Shown here one piece after another: positions 1 to 11,576 of a stretch of 46,404 nucleotides of DNA. The position numbers were made by a program, and so were the translations under genes. This DNA comes from a virus (Duplodnaviria; Caudoviricetes). The notes under the pieces were generated by a model that was not told the DNA's origin, made no database searches, and worked only from the letters and a program-made list of their open reading frames with translations. Location: positions 1 through 46,404 of IMG/VR virus record IMGVR_UViG_3300020045_007306; one strand, given 5' to 3'. Numbering within the stretch: the stretch's first letter is position 1; each line of letters starts with the position of its first letter.

Positions 1-2338
1 AAATGACAACTGACGATAGAAGTATTGAAACGCTTATAGAATTAAAAGAAAAAGAATTATCCAATATGAAGCCAGTAACGAAACAAAGTATTGAGGAAAA
101 TGTTATAAATTTGGAATTGATAAAGTATTAAAAGCAACATCGAGTTATAATGAAGCACAAAAAGAGGCGAATGATATTCTTGAAGATAACATAAAACAAA
201 AAGACGCTTTGATTAAAAAGTACGGGGCAGAAAAAGTTGTAAAAGCGACAGCGTCCGAAGAATTAACCGCAGAACAAAAAGCGGCTATTGCGGCAGCCAA
301 AGCAGAAGAAGAAGCGGCAGAGGCAGCCAAAGCCGCAGCGAAAATAAAAACAGAGGTATATAGTGCAACTGGTGTTGAGTTGTCAAAATTAAAAACAGAA
401 CTTGCGGCGTTAAATGATGAAAATAAAGATTACAAAATTTATCTTGAGGCTCAAGTAAAATTTTTAGAAGAGTTAATTGCTGCAAAAGAAAAATTAACAG
501 CGAAAACAATAACAGAGGCAGCCTATACAGACGGATTGAAAATATCAATTGCTGAATTAAATAAAGAATATGAGAAATTTCAAAAAGCATTAAAAGCAAA
601 AGAGCCGTTTGAACTTATTTCCGTAGATGATTACGAAAAAAGTATGAAGGCTCAAGGATTTATGTTAAAATCTTCCGACGAAATATTAAAAGGAATGGAA
701 GAAAAATATAAACAATATGGTGAAGTTGTTAGCGAGATCGAAGAAGAAACAGCGAAAACATTAACAGAGAAAGAAGATTTAAGACATAAAGCCGCACTTG
801 AAAAATTAAAAGATAATAACGAGGCTCTGGAGCAAGAGGAAATATTACACGGTTTGAAAATGAAAAAGATACAAGAGGAAAACGAAAAAGAATTGTATCA
901 AACAGTTGTAGAGGCTTCGACAGCGTTAATTGAATCATACGAAAAAAGGAGTGATAAGAAAACTGAACAATTAACAAAAGAACTGGAGGCGTCAAAAACT
1001 TATGCAACCCAGTTGCAAGAGTTAGCGAAAATACAAGTTGAGGGGGCTGCGGAAAATCTTGCATACGAACAACAAAAGCAAGCAGAGATTGAAAAGAAAA
1101 AAGCCATTGAAGAGAAAAAGAAAAAGAGAATGGAACTGGGACTTGCAGCCGTTGAAATGTTTGGTAAGATTGCTGAAACTGATCCTGACAAAGCATTAAC
1201 GAAAACAGTTTCGGAAATAATTAAATTACTTGCATTTGTAAATTCAATGCCAGAGTTTGCGGAGGGCGTTATTGCCTTTGGCGGTTTGCGATCTACAAAA
1301 CAACCAGATGACACAGTTGTAAAAATTGGTAAGGGCGAAAGTGTTATTAATGCCCCAGCAACGTATAAATACAACAAAGAACTTGAGGCAATAAATAAGG
1401 GGAAATATAATCCGCTGGATTTTATTAGCGTCCCAGCACCGAATAATTATCAAAAAAATATTTCTGATTATGGTGTTATTAATGAAATAAAAATGTTAAA
1501 TGAAACATTAAAAAATAAAGCAGAATATAAAATTGATGTTAACGCAAAAATATTAATAAAAAATAATATAGTATATTTGGAAAGTTTAACGAACAAAGCA
1601 TTTTGGGAAAAGCAAAGTTCGTATGTAATGCCAGAGATTGAAGTATTAACAAAGTCCTATAATACAGACGAATTAAATCCGAATTATATTATAAAATATA
1701 ATTATGATATTTCTGATATGAATACTATTGATAATTTTATTGGAAATAATTATGAGAGAATATGCAAGCCAATTGCGATAAATGATGTAAAGCATTTGAA
1801 ATTTGGAGGCTTAAAAGAAATATCTTTAAATGTTTGCAGGGCAACACGCAAAGACGAAACCAGCGACTTTGAAGATTTGCTTTCGGGGCTTGCAAAAATA
1901 GTTGACAAAGTAATTAAATTTTTTGGCGGTAGTTCAAAATATTTACAGGCTTTTCAAGACCGTATTGGATCAATGAACGTAAGCCAGCATTTTGGCTGGA
2001 GTGCAAAAGTATTGCTATTAGAAAGCGGAAAAATACCAATGAACAATGAAGTTGTATTATCAGCGAAATATTTATATGATAATTTCCATAAAATAAATTC
2101 ATTTGTTGAAAATAATTATGGCGGTCAATATGAAATTTATGAAGATATTACAATACCGTTTTGCTTTCACGATTTTTTAAAGACAATTGAGAATAGTTAT
2201 TTTACAGACGCTTACGGGAATAAAGGAAAATTTGATAAAATTACTTGGAATTTTACTCAACAATATGCGAAAGTAAGTTATAGAATTCAAAAACCTTATA
2301 CTAAAAATTTGACTGAAATATTTATTGAGCCGTCATAA
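1..2338 (+). CDS. Tape measure protein C-terminal part (5' truncated, apparent frameshift near nt 100), fused in frame to a tail-tip/hub-like segment
   Basis: Long helical E/K/A-rich region with TMP C-terminal-like motif FAEGVIAFGG...DDTVVKIGKGESVINA. The frame of ORF 209 stays open back to about nt 95 and frame 3 is open from 3 to 131. Composition changes after about nt 1540. Confidence 0.7.
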
Positions 2339-2377
2339 TTGTATAAGTTAATACTAATTTAATTATTTAATTTTAAA

Positions 2378-2385
2378 TAAATTTG
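2378..2385 (+). promoter_or_regulatory. Bacteroidota -7 promoter box TAAATTTG, 4 nt before ATG 2390
   Basis: Matches TAnnTTTG in an AT-rich intergenic gap. Confidence 0.5.
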
Positions 2386-2389
2386 CTAT

Positions 2390-2632
2390 ATGGATATTGA
2401 GGAAAAAATTAAAGGACAAATAAAGGAAATTAACGATTTTGTAAGCAAACAAATGAATAATATTTCCGAGAATGAAAAATTAATTTTGGAATCAATTGAT
2501 AAAATTGAAGATAAAAAAATAAAAGCGAATGTGTCTGAAATGTTAAAAGAGGCTAAAAATGGCAATATTGAAAACGTTCAAACTATTTCAAATAATTTGA
2601 TGAAGATTGCCGAAACATTAAATAAAAAATAA
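2390..2632 (+). CDS. Hypothetical helical protein in tail module
   Basis: 80 aa ORF abutting the next gene. Confidence 0.7.
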   Translation: MDIEEKIKGQIKEINDFVSKQMNNISENEKLILESIDKIEDKKIKANVSEMLKEAKNGNIENVQTISNNLMKIAETLNKK

Positions 2633-2633
2633 A

Positions 2634-5387
2634 ATGGGCGTTGATATTATAACCAGAAAATATTTCAATCAATTAAGAAATGGAGGAACGTTCTCTGATA
2701 ATGTGAGCGATTATACTAATTTCTTGCAGGGAAGTATTTGCGAAAAAATATGTTGCGAAACAACGGTTGATGTATGGTGGAAAAGTTATTCTCAACAATA
2801 TATTGACGAATGGCAAACAGTAACATCGGCGGGAGTTTGTACTGTTACACGGCAATTGAACTCATTTTTGACTGACGGCTTTCGTTCTGGCGATACTATT
2901 ATTTGGACTGATGGAATGTATGGAACAGGCACGGGGACAATAACGAGCGTAAATGCTTTAACAATGGTTATTGGATCATTTACGGGATCATTGCCAGACG
3001 GAGCAAGGACATCAATGGTTATTTGGGGAACTACATCATTAACAGCGATTATATTTCAGCATAATTTAATTGAGAATGATGAAGCGGAAAATTATATTTC
3101 AAAAGTTGACGGCAATACATTGTCTTTTGCTGGTAGTGGTTTGACAAATAGCGATACGTTATTAGTTAAGCAAGGAAATTTCAATAGTTGGCTTGATACT
3201 GGCTCTATATTTGTAAGGACTGGGACGTCTGGCGATTCAACAAAACAAAGATTTATTATTACAAGTACATTTTTTATCACTCCATTTTATTTGCCAAGTC
3301 AATACAATGATTTACAAAATGGAATTTCGCCAGACTATTTAAAAGACGTTGCAAGTTTAAAATATATTTCCCGTTATGAATTTCGCCAAAGTTTATTCAA
3401 TCCGAATTTGTGTCATATCGGGAGCGATACGTTAATGTTAGGATCAGTAAGTTGGTTTGATGAACATTTTAACGGATTTACGCCAGTCGAATTTACAAAA
3501 GAATCAATTGCTTATTCTGTTAGTGGTGCGGCAGTTGACGAATTGCAAATATCAGAAACAACTCATGTTATAATTGAAATAAATTCAGCAAACAATGTGT
3601 TTGTTGACGCACAAACGAAATTTATTTTAAATTTATTCAAGTTGCCAGTTGACGAAAGTGAACATAAAAATACAGTAACAACAATGTTTGAAAATTATGT
3701 ATTTGATAGGTGTTTCCAGACGGTTAATGTTTCAACTGGAGTTGGCGAACAGGCAATTTTGACAAATATTCTTTCAAGTATTGTAAGCAATAGACTACAT
3801 ATTGAATTTGATGTTACGTTTACGACGGCACAACAAGCGTTAATTGAAGACCGTCAATATATTATTTCAGTAATGACGGACGATCATACTTTGGCACACG
3901 CAAGCAGCAAAGAAATAAATGTTTTATGTGATTATAATACTTTTGCGAATTCAATTGAAAATCCAAATTTATTATCTGTATCATATTGTAAATTTTGGGA
4001 ACACCCATTCAATCCAAGTATTGCAAACACAGGCACGAAAGATTTTAAGGGCTGGATCACAGACGGCGTTTATAATGAAACAAAATTCTCTTGCGTTGGT
4101 GGCGTTTTAAATTACTTGAAAATAAAAGTACGTGCAAAGAATTCAAGCACTCTGGAAAATTTTGATTTAATGGAATACGATTTGGATTTGTCAAGTTATC
4201 CAATTATTGCTGGAGTTCGTACGGTTTCAATAGATACAACCAGAGGATTTAAATTGATTGCTGGAAGTATTCAGAATTTGGTATATTTTAAAAGCACGGG
4301 ATTAGTAATGAATGAATACGAATTAAAATTTGGTTTCAAATTACGCTGGGCTGATTGGTTGCAACTTATAAATGCTGATTCTGATTTCTATAATACATCA
4401 TTATTGAATAATGGTTTATCTGAAAAATGGTCGAATTATAGCGACGCCGTTACATATTGGGGACTTGAAATATTAGTAATCCCAACTATTGAAGACGATA
4501 TAACAGGGAGCGAAACAGATTTTAATATTATCTCAAATTTAAAATGTCATAACTATAATGAAGACGGGAACGCAATTCCTTTATGGACTGGTAGCATTGA
4601 AACGTTTAAAGGTGCTGTAAGTTTGGGAGTTGACGGAAACGCTCTATATTCAGAGGACACGGACACAAAAATAGTTGCAACCTTTACAAGTATAAGTTCA
4701 ATTTTAACTGCGACTTTATACGGGATAATCTACATAGAACAATACCAGCAAGGCGGCATTTATAATCAATGGCAATTGTCAACCGAAGAATTGCCAGCAA
4801 CGGGAAATTGGTTGAAGCCAGTAACAGGGCAAACAAAATGCAAATTAACAGTTGTAAATGCGAATACTGTAACACTTGAGGCAATGATAGATCATACAAA
4901 AGTAAACGGTCAAATATCAATTGCCGCCCGTATTGGTTACGGTTGCCAAGACATAGCAGAAATAAGAGCAAGCGGAGTTTATACGATTGTTGATGTTTAC
5001 GGATTAATAAACAATTGTGCTTATGTAGATGTAACAATTAACAGCGTTTTAATTGCTTTTAATGTTTCGATACCGCCTCCATACGGAGTTGCTTTATTTA
5101 CGTCAACGATTAATGGAGTTTCTGGCGGGTATGATGTTTTCCCCTCCGATACAACAACGGCGAAATGTGAAGCCCCTGCGGGACTTGGATCAACTGCGAA
5201 TGGTTATACAGTAAGCATAATATTAAAAAATATTATGGGCTTTTCTTTGGGTGAATTTATATTTACTTTGTCTGGAGGAGTTGACGAGTATGAATGTCCT
5301 CACGTAATTATTCCAACGTTTAGAATATTACAGGAAGATAATTTTTATTTACTTCAAGAAAATGGCGATTATTTATTAACAGAATAA
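2634..5387 (+). CDS. Large tail tip/baseplate structural protein
   Basis: 917 aa, beta-rich, downstream of TMP, ends in RILQEDNFYLLQENGDYLLTE. Confidence 0.7.
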   Translation: MGVDIITRKYFNQLRNGGTFSDNVSDYTNFLQGSICEKICCETTVDVWWKSYSQQYIDEWQTVTSAGVCTVTRQLNSFLTDGFRSGDTIIWTDGMYGTGTGTITSVNALTMVIGSFTGSLPDGARTSMVIWGTTSLTAIIFQHNLIENDEAENYISKVDGNTLSFAGSGLTNSDTLLVKQGNFNSWLDTGSIFVRTGTSGDSTKQRFIITSTFFITPFYLPSQYNDLQNGISPDYLKDVASLKYISRYEFRQSLFNPNLCHIGSDTLMLGSVSWFDEHFNGFTPVEFTKESIAYSVSGAAVDELQISETTHVIIEINSANNVFVDAQTKFILNLFKLPVDESEHKNTVTTMFENYVFDRCFQTVNVSTGVGEQAILTNILSSIVSNRLHIEFDVTFTTAQQALIEDRQYIISVMTDDHTLAHASSKEINVLCDYNTFANSIENPNLLSVSYCKFWEHPFNPSIANTGTKDFKGWITDGVYNETKFSCVGGVLNYLKIKVRAKNSSTLENFDLMEYDLDLSSYPIIAGVRTVSIDTTRGFKLIAGSIQNLVYFKSTGLVMNEYELKFGFKLRWADWLQLINADSDFYNTSLLNNGLSEKWSNYSDAVTYWGLEILVIPTIEDDITGSETDFNIISNLKCHNYNEDGNAIPLWTGSIETFKGAVSLGVDGNALYSEDTDTKIVATFTSISSILTATLYGIIYIEQYQQGGIYNQWQLSTEELPATGNWLKPVTGQTKCKLTVVNANTVTLEAMIDHTKVNGQISIAARIGYGCQDIAEIRASGVYTIVDVYGLINNCAYVDVTINSVLIAFNVSIPPPYGVALFTSTINGVSGGYDVFPSDTTTAKCEAPAGLGSTANGYTVSIILKNIMGFSLGEFIFTLSGGVDEYECPHVIIPTFRILQEDNFYLLQENGDYLLTE

Positions 5388-5398
5388 AAAATAAAATT

Positions 5399-5773
5399 AT
5401 GGCAGATAGTAAAATTACAGCATTAACAGCGAAAACTACTTTGGAATTAACAGACCTTATTCCAATTGTAGATATGACAGGAACACCAACAACAAAAAAA
5501 ATAACAGTTGCAAATATGTTAATTTCATTGGGTTTGCGGCGTGGTTATAATGTTAATAATACGGCTGATAATGTAACAGGCTGGGCGGTTGTATTCCCGT
5601 CGGCTCTTGGATCAGCGGTTGACGGATCAGATTATACGCTGGTTATAAGTTGCTGGGACGCTTTAAATCCAACGGAAACAATTGCGTACACAATAACAAG
5701 TAGAACACAAAACGGATTTAATATTTTACCGATTGCAAATGCTTATATTGAAGTAAACGCAATTTTAAATTAA
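5399..5773 (+). CDS. Small tail-fibre/baseplate-associated protein
   Basis: MADSKITALT N-terminus typical of phage fibre anchor segments; tail context. Confidence 0.6.
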   Translation: MADSKITALTAKTTLELTDLIPIVDMTGTPTTKKITVANMLISLGLRRGYNVNNTADNVTGWAVVFPSALGSAVDGSDYTLVISCWDALNPTETIAYTITSRTQNGFNILPIANAYIEVNAILN

Positions 5774-5780
5774 ATTAAAA

Positions 5781-6719
5781 ATGGCAATTGACATTTTAAA
5801 TACTGGGTTAACTCATAATTTAAATGGAATGTGTATTTCGTTTGATTTGATCCGTTACAATACTGCGACTATTATTGCAACCGAAGAGGATCGGGAATAT
5901 GATTTGTGTTGTTACAATAATATTGTACTGGCTGATAATACTGGAGTTGCGAATCAAAATGATGTTAATTCGTTTATGTTTTTATTGGCTGCAAGTACCG
6001 ATACTCTAAATATATTTCTTGAAAAAGATAGTGTTGAAGTTGTTCAGATCACGGACGACACACTTGGAAAATTCTATGAACTTGGATCAATAACATATTA
6101 TCCAGATCAAGCATTATTAAAAGGTTGCATAATATACTGGGCGAATGTTTTAAATACGTACGGAGTTGGAAAATACCGTTTACGCTTTGATTATACAACG
6201 CTCGGAGTTGCAAACTCATTTTATTCTATTACTTATAATTTGAAAACTTTCTCTTGGGAAATTGCGAATAATACAATAAGGATTGAAAGTTATATGGACG
6301 GATATTTAATGAAAGAGCGAATAAATTATAAGGGATTGAATTTTCCTGATATGATTAGAGTACGTGGATTTTTCGGAAATGAAGATGAAAAATTTGAAGT
6401 AACAAATGACATTTATAGTAATTTGTTAAATGAAAAAAGAGTTGTTGTTCAGCGAAAAGTAAATCAATTTAATATTTATAATTTTGAAACATTGCCTTTG
6501 CCTAAATGTATTGCAGATAAAATAAAATATTATCATTTTTTCGGGAATACTATTTACGTAAGTGATTACAATAAATTAAATTATAACTGGGAACTTGAGC
6601 GAATAAGAATTTATAAGGACGCCGCTTTTGATTATAAATATACAAAGACAACCAGAGGCGTAATTATTAAAGGGAAATTAAATGAACAAATTCAAGACCT
6701 CCAGAAAACAAATTGTTAA
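5781..6719 (+). CDS. Putative tail structural protein
   Basis: 312 aa ORF in tail module. Confidence 0.55.
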   Translation: MAIDILNTGLTHNLNGMCISFDLIRYNTATIIATEEDREYDLCCYNNIVLADNTGVANQNDVNSFMFLLAASTDTLNIFLEKDSVEVVQITDDTLGKFYELGSITYYPDQALLKGCIIYWANVLNTYGVGKYRLRFDYTTLGVANSFYSITYNLKTFSWEIANNTIRIESYMDGYLMKERINYKGLNFPDMIRVRGFFGNEDEKFEVTNDIYSNLLNEKRVVVQRKVNQFNIYNFETLPLPKCIADKIKYYHFFGNTIYVSDYNKLNYNWELERIRIYKDAAFDYKYTKTTRGVIIKGKLNEQIQDLQKTNC

Positions 6720-6758
6720 TAGTATAATATAATACAAATTTAATTAATAAAAATATAA

Positions 6759-6766
6759 TATATTTG
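6759..6766 (+). promoter_or_regulatory. -7 box TATATTTG, 4 nt before ATG 6771
   Basis: TAnnTTTG consensus in intergenic gap. Confidence 0.55.
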
Positions 6767-6770
6767 CAAT

Positions 6771-9362
6771 ATGAAAAGATCAATTTTATTTATAGTAATA
6801 TTTATTTTGAGCGTAAATATTTATTCTCAAAATGCAGTATTAAAAAGGCTTTCAGTTGATACAATAAAAAGTTTTAACCAAGTAACGAAAACATTTTATT
6901 CAAAAGATACGAATTTATTACTTGGAGAAATCAAATTAAATTCTCTTTTATATTCTGTTTCTGGTGATACTGGAAATTATAAAGTTTTATTTTGGAATCC
7001 GACAACAAAACGTTTTTATAAACGTGGTATTGTTGCCCCAACTGGTGCGACGGGTGCGACTGGCGTAACGGGTGCGGTAGGTGCAACGGGTGCAACAGGT
7101 GCTAATGGAGTTACTGGTGCGACAGGGGCTACGGGTGCAACTGGAAGCACAGGCTCAAACGGAGCAAGTGGTATAACTGGATCAACTGGAACGGGAGTAT
7201 CAGGATTAGACACCCTTCAATCTTATGGAAAATATATAGGTGATAACGCTAAATGGTTTCCAATCAACACTAACGAAAATAAATTAGCAGGTGTTTTTAC
7301 TTATTCATCATATCAAATGAGAGGAGATACACTTCATTCTTTAACAGTAAGTAATCCATTTTCTGCGACACCTACTATTAATTACAGATACTCAACGGAT
7401 TTGGATTGTGAAATATGGAGTAGCCCTATAAATATAGGAACAACAAAGAAATATTGGATGTCAAATCCATTTAATGACAACGCTGGTAATACATATTTTG
7501 TTACGACAAATACAACGAATGATAGTTGCTTTCTTTATAAAATGAATGGAAAAACATTCTCTTCATGGACTATACAAAATGGAGGTGTCGCGATATTGGT
7601 AGGAAGTAATATCTATTCATGTTCTATGCAAATAGTTGATACGACTTGGTATATGTCAGTCGTTGACGGTGTTTCAACTGATTATAATATACGAATGACA
7701 TACGCAACTACATCAACAATAGCAACAGGTTTTCAAACTAATTATTCGTCTGTTACTCATACTATTGATAGCGTTGGAGATAATGGTGGTTTATATTATA
7801 TTCCTGAACGTAATGCTATATTGTTTTTGGGAGAATCATTTAGTCAATATCCAATCCCTGTGGATTATTGCGATATTGGAGCATGGTACTATGACATGGA
7901 TTCTACGGATTTTACACTAAAAGCAAACTGGCATAAATTACCGTATTTCCCCACATTCTCAACAGTTGATGATTTAGGTTATGGTGGTGGAGATATTCGT
8001 ATGGTTGAAACACCAAATAGACGTTATCCTTTATTGATGGATTATTCGTGGGGACAGTTACATAATTACTATGTATATAATAGATATGATTTGGTGTCTT
8101 TATTCGATAGGTCGAGTTATAAATCAGTTGTTGCTTATACGGATGTGAATAATGAATTTGATAGCACAAACACATTTGATTCTCTTACTATTTTTAACGA
8201 TAGCGTTCAATTAACAGGGATAACAAATAAAGTACTTGTAACAAATCAAAACGATAACGTAATAGGTCTTACATATACTGTTTTAAATGATACATTAACG
8301 AAATATGATAGTTTTTATAAAAGAATTTATAGTGATTCCGTTGTATCATCTTTGGGCGTAAATCAGTCGGCACAATATCAATATGGAAAATATAATATAA
8401 TAGCATATCAGCGACCTGACCTTATTACAACATATCATTATATAGATATGTCTGCAAGTCATTCTACTTGGTATTACAGTACTCATCCGCCCCCTTATGT
8501 ATATATTACACCACAAAACGATACTATTCTTTCAGGTTCACCAACTACGCTAACTGCTCATAACTGTTCATCATATCTATGGAGTACATCTGCTACTACA
8601 AGCACTATTTCTGTAAGTCCCACATCGACAACAAAATATTATATAACAGGTACAGATGCTTATGGACAGACGGATGTTGATAGCACTATTTTGACGGTTG
8701 CCGCAGATTACAATCCTTTAAGTATTGCAAATTGCGAAGGGTGGTGGAGAGCAGATACAATTACATGGACTGGAAGTGGCGTTTCGTCATGGAAAGACTT
8801 AAGCGGAAATAGTAGGCATCTAACGCAGGGGACGGACGCAAATAGACCAGATACGTTATTAAATTATTGGGCTGGTAAACCAGTATTACGATTCGATGGT
8901 ACAAATGATTATCTAAGTTGTGATTTATCAGCTATTTCACAACCATATACATTAATTATCGTTTATGGAGTTATAAGCTACTCGGGGAGTTTGGCTTATA
9001 TTACGAGTTCAAGTTCGGGATTTTATATGCTAAGCTATACTAACAATACTCTTTATTTAACATCAAATAATGGAACAAATCAAATTGATTATGCTAAGAA
9101 TGTCCCAACAGGAATAATGACAAATACTTGTTTAATGGATGGCTTAAACGGAGAGATATACGAGAATCTAACATCTAAGAAAACAGGCAATGTGGGTAGT
9201 ACTGGAATAGGTACATTTTATGTTGGTTCTTCGAGTGTTCCGAATTCATACATTACCGAAGATGTAGCAGAAATCATAATATATTCAGGCATTATAAGTG
9301 CTTCAGATAGACAGGATTTGTATAATAATTATTTAAAACTACGATACACAAATTTACCATAA
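6771..9362 (+). CDS. Signal-peptide-bearing fibre/adhesin: collagen-like GXT repeat, Ig-like segment, C-terminal LamG/ConA-like domain
   Basis: [20 protein letters not shown] leader; about 17 G-X-T triplets; TLTA..SSYLWS...[11 protein letters not shown] Ig-like motif; GWWRAD...[10 protein letters not shown]...[10 protein letters not shown] motif. Confidence 0.75.
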   Translation: MKRSILFIVIFILSVNIYSQNAVLKRLSVDTIKSFNQVTKTFYSKDTNLLLGEIKLNSLLYSVSGDTGNYKVLFWNPTTKRFYKRGIVAPTGATGATGVTGAVGATGATGANGVTGATGATGATGSTGSNGASGITGSTGTGVSGLDTLQSYGKYIGDNAKWFPINTNENKLAGVFTYSSYQMRGDTLHSLTVSNPFSATPTINYRYSTDLDCEIWSSPINIGTTKKYWMSNPFNDNAGNTYFVTTNTTNDSCFLYKMNGKTFSSWTIQNGGVAILVGSNIYSCSMQIVDTTWYMSVVDGVSTDYNIRMTYATTSTIATGFQTNYSSVTHTIDSVGDNGGLYYIPERNAILFLGESFSQYPIPVDYCDIGAWYYDMDSTDFTLKANWHKLPYFPTFSTVDDLGYGGGDIRMVETPNRRYPLLMDYSWGQLHNYYVYNRYDLVSLFDRSSYKSVVAYTDVNNEFDSTNTFDSLTIFNDSVQLTGITNKVLVTNQNDNVIGLTYTVLNDTLTKYDSFYKRIYSDSVVSSLGVNQSAQYQYGKYNIIAYQRPDLITTYHYIDMSASHSTWYYSTHPPPYVYITPQNDTILSGSPTTLTAHNCSSYLWSTSATTSTISVSPTSTTKYYITGTDAYGQTDVDSTILTVAADYNPLSIANCEGWWRADTITWTGSGVSSWKDLSGNSRHLTQGTDANRPDTLLNYWAGKPVLRFDGTNDYLSCDLSAISQPYTLIIVYGVISYSGSLAYITSSSSGFYMLSYTNNTLYLTSNNGTNQIDYAKNVPTGIMTNTCLMDGLNGEIYENLTSKKTGNVGSTGIGTFYVGSSSVPNSYITEDVAEIIIYSGIISASDRQDLYNNYLKLRYTNLP
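7044..7202 (+). repeat. Collagen-like (Gly-X-Thr)n coding repeat
   Basis: [50 protein letters not shown]. Confidence 0.9.
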
Positions 9363-9363
9363 T

Positions 9364-11544
9364 ATGAAAAAATTAGCAGTACTTATTTTTATATTTTACT
9401 CTTTTTGGGGATATTCTCAAAAATTAGAAAAATATAACACGTATTTGAACAATACGATAAGCAACCCTTTTGTTGTAAAAATAAATACAGCAAATTCTGT
9501 TTTTATAAATACAACGGGAACGAATGGTTTTGGTTACCAATCATTATATAGTAACACTACTGGTGCAAGAAATAACGCATTTGGTTATCAGGCTTTAAAA
9601 GTCAATACAATAGGAGACGATAACACAGCGATAGGTTATCAGTCATTGGTTGCCAATACGACAGGAATTGAGAATACTGCTATCGGAAATCAGTCTATGC
9701 TATCAAATACAATAGGGGCTTTAAATGTAGCAGTTGGTAAGGGTTCTTTATCTGCAAATACAACAGGGGATAAAAACACAGCAATAGGTTATGAATCTAT
9801 TGCTACAAACGTATTAGGTACTGGAAATATAGCTATTGGTTATCAGTCATTATACAATAGTAAATCTGCACCCAACACGGCAATAGGTTATCAGGCACAA
9901 TATAGCAATACAACAGGTATCAATAATGCAGCAATAGGTTATCAAACCATGTATAGTAATACTATTGGAAACAATAATGCAGCAATAGGTTATCAATCTT
10001 TATACTCAAATACAACAGGTATATGTAATGTTGCTATCGGTGGAAGTGCTTTATATTCTAATGTTACAGGCTCGGAGCAAGTGGCAATAGGATGTCAAGC
10101 ATTACGAAGCAACACAGTAGGCATCGAGAATGTTTCTATTGGTTATTTGTCAATGTCATCTAATACAACAGGTTCAGGCAATACAGCAATAGGTCATAAT
10201 GCACTTAAGATGAATACTACTGGCAATTTCAGTACTGCTGTTGGTTCTGGTGCTTTAGAAAATAATTTAATAGGCGATAATGCAGTCGCAGTAGGTTATT
10301 TAGCATTATACAATAATACAACGGGTGATGGGAATACAGCGATAGGTTATTTGTCGCTTTCATCTAATACAGTAGGGAATAATAATACAGCTATGGGTGT
10401 TAATTCACTTTATTGGAATACTACTGGTATTCAAAATACGGCTGTTGGAGTACAATCACTTCAAAGAAATATAACAGGTTCAAGCAATTCAGCTTTTGGG
10501 TATCAATGTTTGGCGAACAATAGAACTAATAATAATACTGGTTTTGGTGCATCAGTAATGGTGCAAAATACAACTGGTGTATATAATTCAGCTTTTGGTG
10601 CAGGTTCATTAAATCTGAATACAATAGGATATAAAAATACGGCAGTAGGTTATAACTGTTTACAATCAAACACAACAGGAGTTCAAAATACAGCCGTTGG
10701 ATCAAATGCTTTATTTGCTAATAGTGTAGGAAATTACAATACAGCAGTAGGGGTGTATGCTTTATCAAATAGTACGACGGCAGATAATAATACTTGTATT
10801 GGCTCGTATAATAGTCCTTTAATCTGGACAGGAGGGAGTAATACAGCACTCGGATATAATTCGATGGCAACGAACGTAACAGGAACAAATAATTTAACTC
10901 TTGGTTGTAATTCAGATGTATTAAGTGCGGGATTAACCAATGCCACAGCAATAGGTTGCAATTCCAAAGTAGGTGCTTCAAATTGTTTAGTTTTAGGTAG
11001 TGGTGTTAATATCGGAATAGGAACATCTTCGCCGACTTGTAAATTAGAAGTAAAAGGGTGTGCAAGTGCTGATTCATTATTTTATGAGCCGCCTCATACG
11101 AATTGGAGTTTAAAAGATTCTGCGGTTGTAATTGCTGCGGGAACAAATGTTCAAATAACAAATACCTATGATTCTTTATTTAGGCAACTTGAAAATAACC
11201 AATTTAATAATAAAACTACGAGAACGGGAGCGGATACTGTTTATGTAAAATATAAAGGTGCTTACAATGCAATAGTAAGCGTAAAAGGTTATGCGACAAA
11301 TGGAAATGATTATAGTGTATTAGTAGCAAGAAAACGAGGGGCTACGATAACATACACCGAAAGTGCGATTCAATTTACAACAACTGGAGCAACAAATAGA
11401 AATGGTGGAAGTGCTGTATTTTATTTAGACGATTGTTTAAATGGGGATAAATTTTGGCTCGTATTAACACGGGACGGAGGAAGTGGCGATTTCACAATGA
11501 CAACTGGAAGGTTTTCAATGCAGAGTTATTATAGAAAAAAATAA
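9364..11544 (+). CDS. Signal-peptide-bearing beta-solenoid fibre/adhesin (NTAxG repeats)
   Basis: MKKLAVLIFIFYSFWGYS-Q leader; over 30 repeats of about 14 aa (NTAIGYQSLYSNTTG); NIGIGTSSPTCKLEVKG neck motif; beta-sandwich-like C-terminus. Confidence 0.75.
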   Translation: MKKLAVLIFIFYSFWGYSQKLEKYNTYLNNTISNPFVVKINTANSVFINTTGTNGFGYQSLYSNTTGARNNAFGYQALKVNTIGDDNTAIGYQSLVANTTGIENTAIGNQSMLSNTIGALNVAVGKGSLSANTTGDKNTAIGYESIATNVLGTGNIAIGYQSLYNSKSAPNTAIGYQAQYSNTTGINNAAIGYQTMYSNTIGNNNAAIGYQSLYSNTTGICNVAIGGSALYSNVTGSEQVAIGCQALRSNTVGIENVSIGYLSMSSNTTGSGNTAIGHNALKMNTTGNFSTAVGSGALENNLIGDNAVAVGYLALYNNTTGDGNTAIGYLSLSSNTVGNNNTAMGVNSLYWNTTGIQNTAVGVQSLQRNITGSSNSAFGYQCLANNRTNNNTGFGASVMVQNTTGVYNSAFGAGSLNLNTIGYKNTAVGYNCLQSNTTGVQNTAVGSNALFANSVGNYNTAVGVYALSNSTTADNNTCIGSYNSPLIWTGGSNTALGYNSMATNVTGTNNLTLGCNSDVLSAGLTNATAIGCNSKVGASNCLVLGSGVNIGIGTSSPTCKLEVKGCASADSLFYEPPHTNWSLKDSAVVIAAGTNVQITNTYDSLFRQLENNQFNNKTTRTGADTVYVKYKGAYNAIVSVKGYATNGNDYSVLVARKRGATITYTESAIQFTTTGATNRNGGSAVFYLDDCLNGDKFWLVLTRDGGSGDFTMTTGRFSMQSYYRKK

Positions 11545-11576
11545 TTAAAAAATATTATTCAACTAAATTTAAAATT

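Noticed and set aside
6771-11544. Diversity-generating retroelement target in the fibre genes
   Set aside because: No reverse transcriptase and no template/variable repeat pair with adenine-specific mismatches seen.
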